From: Terriglobia bacterium
GTDB taxonomy: Bacteria; Acidobacteriota; Terriglobia; UBA7540
DNA length: 59,561 nt
NCBI GenBank assembly: GCA_035532595.1
Contig: DATKQU010000209.1
Coordinates: 1 to 59,561, forward strand
Reading direction: 5' to 3'
The position numbers and the translations under genes are program-made. The notes under the pieces are model-generated. The model worked only from the letters and a program-made list of their open reading frames with translations. It searched no databases and was not told the origin of the DNA. Within the stretch, counting starts at the first letter, position 1. Each line of letters starts with the position of its first letter. Shown here in pieces: positions 55,205 through 59,561 of this stretch.

Positions 55205-57604
55205 ATGCATGATCAGCCTGAAGCTTTTTCCCGTGTCCTGATAGATCAAGCCCTCCGAGAGAGTGATTGGGACCTCCTCGACCCGCACCGGGTTCGTTTT
55301 GAGCTTAATGGTCATAGCGGGCGGGCGGATTATGTCTTGAGCGGGTCGCGCGGGCCGCTCTGCGTTTTGGAAGCCAAGCGCGAAGATAAGGACCCCTACG
55401 AAGCCAAAGAGCAAGCGCGCGGCTATGCGGAAAACCTTCGTGCGCCCTTCATTATTCTTTCCAACGGGCGAGAACATTGGTTCTGGAACTACGAGCGAGC
55501 AGACCAGCGTGATGCCTACCGCATCGAGCGCTTACCGTCCCCCCAAGACCTCGACCGTCTCCGCCTCAAGAATCTCCAGCCGCCCCGTCCCTTAATGACG
55601 GAGGTCATTGGGCCAGATTACCTTAACGCGTACAAGCCGGACGTGACATTGCGGCGTTACCAGATCGCCGCCATGGATGAAGTTTCAAGGCAGTTTGACG
55701 ACCAGGGAAAACGAAGGTTTCTGCTGGAAATGGCCACCGGGACCGGTAAAACGCTCTTGTGCGCGGCGCTGATTCGCCGTTTCCTTGCCACGCGAAACGC
55801 CGAGCGCGTGCTTTTCATCGTGGACCGTATCGAACTGGCAAAGCAAACGATGGAGGACTTTAACGTCGTGCTGCGGGAATTCAGCCCCGTAGTGTTCAAG
55901 ACCGCACGCCGCCACCCGTCGGAATTGCTGGGCTCCTGCGTGGTGGTGGCAACGCTCCAATCCCTCATGGTGGACCGTCGCTTTCGCCAGGAGTTCACGC
56001 CATTCCACTTTGATCTGGTCATTGCCGATGAAGCGCACCGTTCCATATATGGCAACGCTCGCGAGGTCGTACATTTCTTTCAGGCGACTCGCATTGGCCT
56101 GACTGCCACGCCCAAGGCATATCTCAAGAATATTGATTTGGCCCGGCTCGGGCGGGAAAACCCTAAAGCCCTTGAAGCCCGCGAGCTTCGCGACACCTAC
56201 CACTACTTTGGCTGCGAGGCCGGTTTCCCCACATTTCGCTATGACATCATTGAGGCCGTCCAGGACCCCGAAGGGCCGTTCCTCTGCATGCCGAAGATTT
56301 ACGACATCCGTTCGGACATCACCACTCAGGCACTGGACGAAAACGGCTGGGCCGTGGTGGTTAACGAACAGGAGGAAAACTTCAAGATTCAGGACCTGGA
56401 GCGCAAAATCTTCACCCCGGAGCGGAACCGGGTGATGTGCGAAGCGTTTCTCAAACATGCCCAAAAGGACCCTTCCGGCCAGATCGGCAAGTCCGCCATT
56501 TTTGCGGTCAATCAAGACCACGCGACGAACCTTACTAAAATCCTTAACCTCATCCAGCCGGGCTTGGCCGTCACCATCACTTCGCGTATTCCCGAAGCGG
56601 CTTCCATCTCGAAAGATTTCCGCGACGGCAAGCGCTCCGAGCGCGTGGCGGTGTCCGTCGATATGCTCTCCACGGGGTACAACTGCCGCGACCTGTTGAA
56701 TGTGGTCCTCATGCGGCCGATTTTTTCTCCCACCGAATACATCCAGATCAAGGGCCGGGGCACGCGCCTTTTCACTTTTCGCTTTGGCAACACCGAATAC
56801 GAAAAGAAAGTATTCTTCCTGCTTGATTTCTGCGGGGTGGCCGAGTACTTCGAGGACACGTACGATTACAGCGAACCCCTGCCCATCCCCGTCCTGAGGG
56901 GAAAGCCATCCGTGCAGCTTGAGGTGGCACGGGCTTCCAGCCCGTGGACGGATGACACGGGCATTCTGCCTACGGCCAGGCACGGTCAAGATGACCATGC
57001 CACAGGCATCCCCGTGTGGGAAGGCAAGGACGTCATCATTTCCGAAGAAATCCGTATCGTGGGACCCAACGGTGAAAAGGTGGATGTGATGACCTTCCGG
57101 GGTTCTTTCGAGCGGGACATCAAAGAATTTGACCGTAAGGATGAGGAATTTCACGAAGCGGTCGAGACTGAAGGCGATGACGCCGTTGAAGAAATCCTTG
57201 GCGAACGTTTCTTTCACAAACCCGAGATGTTTTATTCCCCGGACAAACTGGTGTTATCCTATGGCGTTCCGGCTCCTACGCCTACTTTTGTTTACGGCGC
57301 TCTGGGCAAGAAGCCCTTGCCGAGCAAAGACGAGGTGGTTGCCGATGCCGTGGATTCCATCGCCGCGCGGTTCAATCTCCACTACAGCGAACAGAAGTGG
57401 TTGAACGCCACGGCACAGCTTCTCGCGCATGACCCGGCGGCTCTCAAACGCTTTGCGCAGGGTGACATGACGATTTTCGCGTCCAGCCAGTTCAATCAAT
57501 TGGGGGGCCTCGAAGCGCTGAACGAATTCACTGACCGCGACGAGGTTTTTGAGGCGCTTCGGCAATCCACCATGGTCCGCCAGTCGCTTCTGGCCGCTCA
57601 GTAA
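55205..57604 (+). CDS. hsdR: Type I restriction enzyme R subunit (EcoEI-type C-terminal domain)
   Basis: PD-(D/E)xK region ADYVL...VLEAKRE. Helicase motifs MATGTGKT, IADEAHRS, IGLTATP, QIKGRGTR. C-terminal FNQLGG tail. Contains an in-frame REP copy. Confidence 0.9.
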   Translation: MHDQPEAFSRVLIDQALRESDWDLLDPHRVRFELNGHSGRADYVLSGSRGPLCVLEAKREDKDPYEAKEQARGYAENLRAPFIILSNGREHWFWNYERADQRDAYRIERLPSPQDLDRLRLKNLQPPRPLMTEVIGPDYLNAYKPDVTLRRYQIAAMDEVSRQFDDQGKRRFLLEMATGTGKTLLCAALIRRFLATRNAERVLFIVDRIELAKQTMEDFNVVLREFSPVVFKTARRHPSELLGSCVVVATLQSLMVDRRFRQEFTPFHFDLVIADEAHRSIYGNAREVVHFFQATRIGLTATPKAYLKNIDLARLGRENPKALEARELRDTYHYFGCEAGFPTFRYDIIEAVQDPEGPFLCMPKIYDIRSDITTQALDENGWAVVVNEQEENFKIQDLERKIFTPERNRVMCEAFLKHAQKDPSGQIGKSAIFAVNQDHATNLTKILNLIQPGLAVTITSRIPEAASISKDFRDGKRSERVAVSVDMLSTGYNCRDLLNVVLMRPIFSPTEYIQIKGRGTRLFTFRFGNTEYEKKVFFLLDFCGVAEYFEDTYDYSEPLPIPVLRGKPSVQLEVARASSPWTDDTGILPTARHGQDDHATGIPVWEGKDVIISEEIRIVGPNGEKVDVMTFRGSFERDIKEFDRKDEEFHEAVETEGDDAVEEILGERFFHKPEMFYSPDKLVLSYGVPAPTPTFVYGALGKKPLPSKDEVVADAVDSIAARFNLHYSEQKWLNATAQLLAHDPAALKRFAQGDMTIFASSQFNQLGGLEALNEFTDRDEVFEALRQSTMVRQSLLAAQ
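56924..57003 (+). repeat. GTGGCACGGGC-type REP copy inside hsdR
   Basis: GTGGCACGGGCTTCCAGCCCGTG...CACGGTCAAGATGACCATGCCAC, translated as ...VARASSPW...ARHGQDDHAT. Confidence 0.75.
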
Positions 57605-57606
57605 AG

Positions 57607-57658
57607 GTGGCACGGGCATCTTGCCCGTGAAGCCTCATGGCCCGGAGGGCCATGCCAC
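57607..57658 (+). repeat. GTGGCACGGGC-type REP copy in the hsdR-hsdM spacer
   Basis: GTGGCACGGGCATCTTGCCCGTGAAGCCTCATGGCCCGGAGGGCCATGCCAC. Two nested hairpins inside an outer GTGGCA/TGCCAC stem. Confidence 0.8.
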
Positions 57659-57681
57659 AGGGCAATTAGCTGATTCTTCTT

Positions 57682-59124
57682 ATGGGAAATAACACGCAAC
57701 AACACAACGGGAGTAATTTTCATTCCTCCGGCCTGCGCCAAAAGATTGACCTGCTCATGGACATCCTTTGGGCGGGCGGCGTGAATAACCCCATGGATTC
57801 CATCGAGCAGATTTCCTACTTGCTCTTTCTGCGCCTGCTCACGGAAAGGGATGACATTCTCGCCTCGCTCCAGAAGAAGGGCTACCAGCGCATCTTTTCG
57901 GGATCGTGGGCGCGCTACGCCTGGGGGAATTTTGTCACCCTCACCGGCGATCAGCTTTTTGACGCCGTCCGGTCTGCGATTGAAAGCATCCACGAACTGC
58001 CGGGGCTTTCGGGAACCGGAAAACTTCTTTTCAATCGCGCCACGCTCAAGATTTATGACCGCCCCACGCTTCGGGCCGTTGTCCAGGCCATCCATGAGAT
58101 GGATCTTGCCTCACACAATGGACATGACATCAAGGGCGATATGTACGAGTACCTGCTCAGCAAACTCCAATTGTCCGGCACCAACGGCCAATTCCGGACC
58201 CCGCGCCACATTATCGCCATGATCGTGGCACTCGTTGATCCCAAGCCGGGAATGCGCATCTGCGACCCTGCCTGTGGCACAGCAGGCTTCCTCATCGCAG
58301 CATACAACCATATCTTGCGGCAGAACACATCCAAGGCGGCGCTCGCCAAAGGCGATTCAGACGGCGATTTATTGAAGCCTGCACAATGGAGATTCCTGGA
58401 GGAACACGCCTTCACCGGCTATGACAATGACGCCAACATGGTAAAGATTGCGATTTTGAATCTTTATCTGCACAAGCTGGAAAGGGCCAACATTGAGCTT
58501 CACAATCCCCTGACCACAAGCAAGGGTAACCCCTATCCCGGCTTCACCTTTGACACGATTCTCGCCAATCCGCCGTTTGCGGGACAGATTCAAAAGGAAA
58601 GTATCCTTGCGGACATCAACCTTGAGACGCGAGACACAGAACTGCTCTTCCTCAAGTGGTTCCTCGACCACCTGAATCCCGTCGGACGCGCCGGTGTGAT
58701 CGTTCCGAACGGCGTGTTTAAGCCCTATTCCGGCGTCGGCACTGCGGCGCTGATTCTTGAAAAATGTGGCACGGGCGTCCCTCCCGTTAAAGACCATGGT
58801 CAGGATGACCATGCCACGGAGTTTGTCTGGTTCTATGACCTCACGGCGGATGGATTTTCCCTCGATGATAAGCGCGCTCCAATTGAGGCCAATGATATTC
58901 CCGATGTTCTAGCTAAATGGCCCAAGCGCGAAGAAGGTCCGAACAGTTACCGTGTGCCAATTGAGAAGATTCGCGAGCACGATTGGAGTCTCGCGTCAGG
59001 CAGATACAAGCCGGTGGTGGTGGAGACGGTTAAGCACGATGCACCGGCAAAAATTGTCGGCGCCATCTTGAGTCTCGAGAAGCAGATCACCGAAGAAATC
59101 CAGAAGCTGATGGAGAAGCTGTAA
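57682..59124 (+). CDS. hsdM: Type I R-M N6-adenine DNA methyltransferase subunit, probably defective
   Basis: HsdM N-terminal domain, motif I DPACGTAGFL, motif IV NPPF. Carries an in-frame REP insertion and appears to lack about 30 aa between PNGV and FKPYSGV. Confidence 0.8.
   Translation: MGNNTQQHNGSNFHSSGLRQKIDLLMDILWAGGVNNPMDSIEQISYLLFLRLLTERDDILASLQKKGYQRIFSGSWARYAWGNFVTLTGDQLFDAVRSAIESIHELPGLSGTGKLLFNRATLKIYDRPTLRAVVQAIHEMDLASHNGHDIKGDMYEYLLSKLQLSGTNGQFRTPRHIIAMIVALVDPKPGMRICDPACGTAGFLIAAYNHILRQNTSKAALAKGDSDGDLLKPAQWRFLEEHAFTGYDNDANMVKIAILNLYLHKLERANIELHNPLTTSKGNPYPGFTFDTILANPPFAGQIQKESILADINLETRDTELLFLKWFLDHLNPVGRAGVIVPNGVFKPYSGVGTAALILEKCGTGVPPVKDHGQDDHATEFVWFYDLTADGFSLDDKRAPIEANDIPDVLAKWPKREEGPNSYRVPIEKIREHDWSLASGRYKPVVVETVKHDAPAKIVGAILSLEKQITEEIQKLMEKL
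58766..58817 (+). repeat. GTGGCACGGGC-type REP copy inside hsdM
   Basis: GTGGCACGGGCGTCCCTCCCGTTAAAGACCATGGTCAGGATGACCATGCCAC, translated as CGTGVPPVKDHGQDDHAT. Confidence 0.8.
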
Positions 59125-59127
59125 GGT

Positions 59128-59213
59128 GTGGCACAAACGTGGCACGGGCGTCCCGCCCGTGAAGAACCATGGCCAGGAGGGCCATGCCACTGCGCATGAC
59201 CAGGATGGTCATG
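59128..59213 (+). repeat. REP array (partial unit, full unit and an extra hairpin) between hsdM and the RAYT gene
   Basis: GTGGCAC-AAAC-GTGGCACGGGCGTCCCGCCCGTGAAGAACCATGGCCAGGAGGGCCATGCCAC-TGCG-CATGACCAGGATGGTCATG. Confidence 0.8.
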
Positions 59214-59220
59214 CAACATT

Positions 59221-59561
59221 AAAGGTTCGCCATGGCGCTTACTTGCCCCATTGGACGCGTGATGGTGCTATCTATGCCGTCAATTTCCGTCTGGCTGATT
59301 CGCTGCCCAAGCCGGTGCTCGAATCCTGGAAATTTGAGAGGAAGGATATTATCAAGACTGCGCGGCAAATGAAGCGACCGCTGAGCGCCTCTGAAGAAGA
59401 ACGGCTCGATAAACTCTTTTCCGAAAAAGTTGAAAAATACTTGGACGAAGGCCGGGGAGCATGCTGGATGCGAAGAGATGAAGTGGCAGCGCGGGTGGCG
59501 GGCGCTCTCGAACACTTCGATGGCAAGCGTTACCGCCTTGCCGCCTGGTGCATCATGCCGA
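59221..59561 (+). CDS. REP-associated tyrosine transposase (RAYT/IS200-like Y1) family, partial; 5' start unresolved, 3' end cut by the window
   Basis: Open frame reads KVRHGAYLPHWTRDGAIYAVNFRLADSLPKPVLESW...LDEGRGACWMRRDEVAARVAGALEHFDGKRYRLAAWCIMP. This matches the LPHW...YFVTFRLADSLP...G.G.C.L...FDG.RY.L.A.VVMP pattern. It is not in the ORF track because there is no stop within the window. Confidence 0.7.

Noticed and set aside
55202-55477. 91-aa minus-strand ORF at the hsdR 5' end
   Set aside because: It is antisense to the hsdR nuclease-domain coding region, with no motif support.
59219-59526. Minus-strand ORFs 59219..59515 and 59272..59526
   Set aside because: They are antisense to the frame carrying the RAYT-family motifs (LPHW, FRLADSLP, FDGKRYRL), so they are shadow ORFs.
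1-59561. tRNA, rRNA or additional known RNA genes
   Set aside because: A scan by eye for T-loop (GGTTCGAnTCC) and rRNA signatures outside CDS found nothing convincing. tRNAscan-SE or Infernal should confirm this.

Overview
A GC-rich chromosomal segment, probably from an Acidobacteriota-type genome. This is inferred from a VWFA-related Acidobacterial-type protein, a CarboxypepD_reg-type TonB-dependent receptor, Tat-exported sugar oxidoreductases and dense REP-like repeats. Most of the window is ordinary housekeeping and catabolic content. That includes an RND efflux pair, a PaoABC-like periplasmic molybdo-oxidoreductase operon, an AKR and UxaA/GarD sugar-acid pair, an APC permease and a BNR sialidase-like protein. 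It also includes an M61 peptidase, a phosphoesterase, an FMN-riboswitch-controlled ribE-ribH-ribBA-ribD operon, sthA, ubiD, mutY, a ManD-like dehydratase, a TonB-dependent receptor, HNH/ComF/DksA-like genes, RNase P RNA and a type I R-M locus. The most unusual region is 49.7-52.3 kb. It is a visibly AT-richer 2.4-kb cassette bounded by near-identical 28/29-bp terminal inverted repeats and an 8-bp direct duplication. It carries no recognisable transposase. Its cargo is an orphan proteasome-beta/HslV-like Ntn-hydrolase, two tiny untracked ORFs, a heavily structured roughly 340-nt noncoding stretch and a coiled-coil ORF. An 89-nt MITE with related ends sits directly beside it on the same 8-bp target, and a second MITE copy with a perfect 8-bp duplication lies at 38.7 kb. 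Several REP families litter the window. One palindromic REP doublet sits inside rnpB at the P16/P17 position. Another family sits in-frame inside both hsdR and hsdM and abuts a RAYT-type transposase at the window end. hsdM also appears to carry an in-frame deletion, and no hsdS is visible. All calls come from reading the sequence and the ORF track and from remembered family motifs. No searches or folding computations were run.
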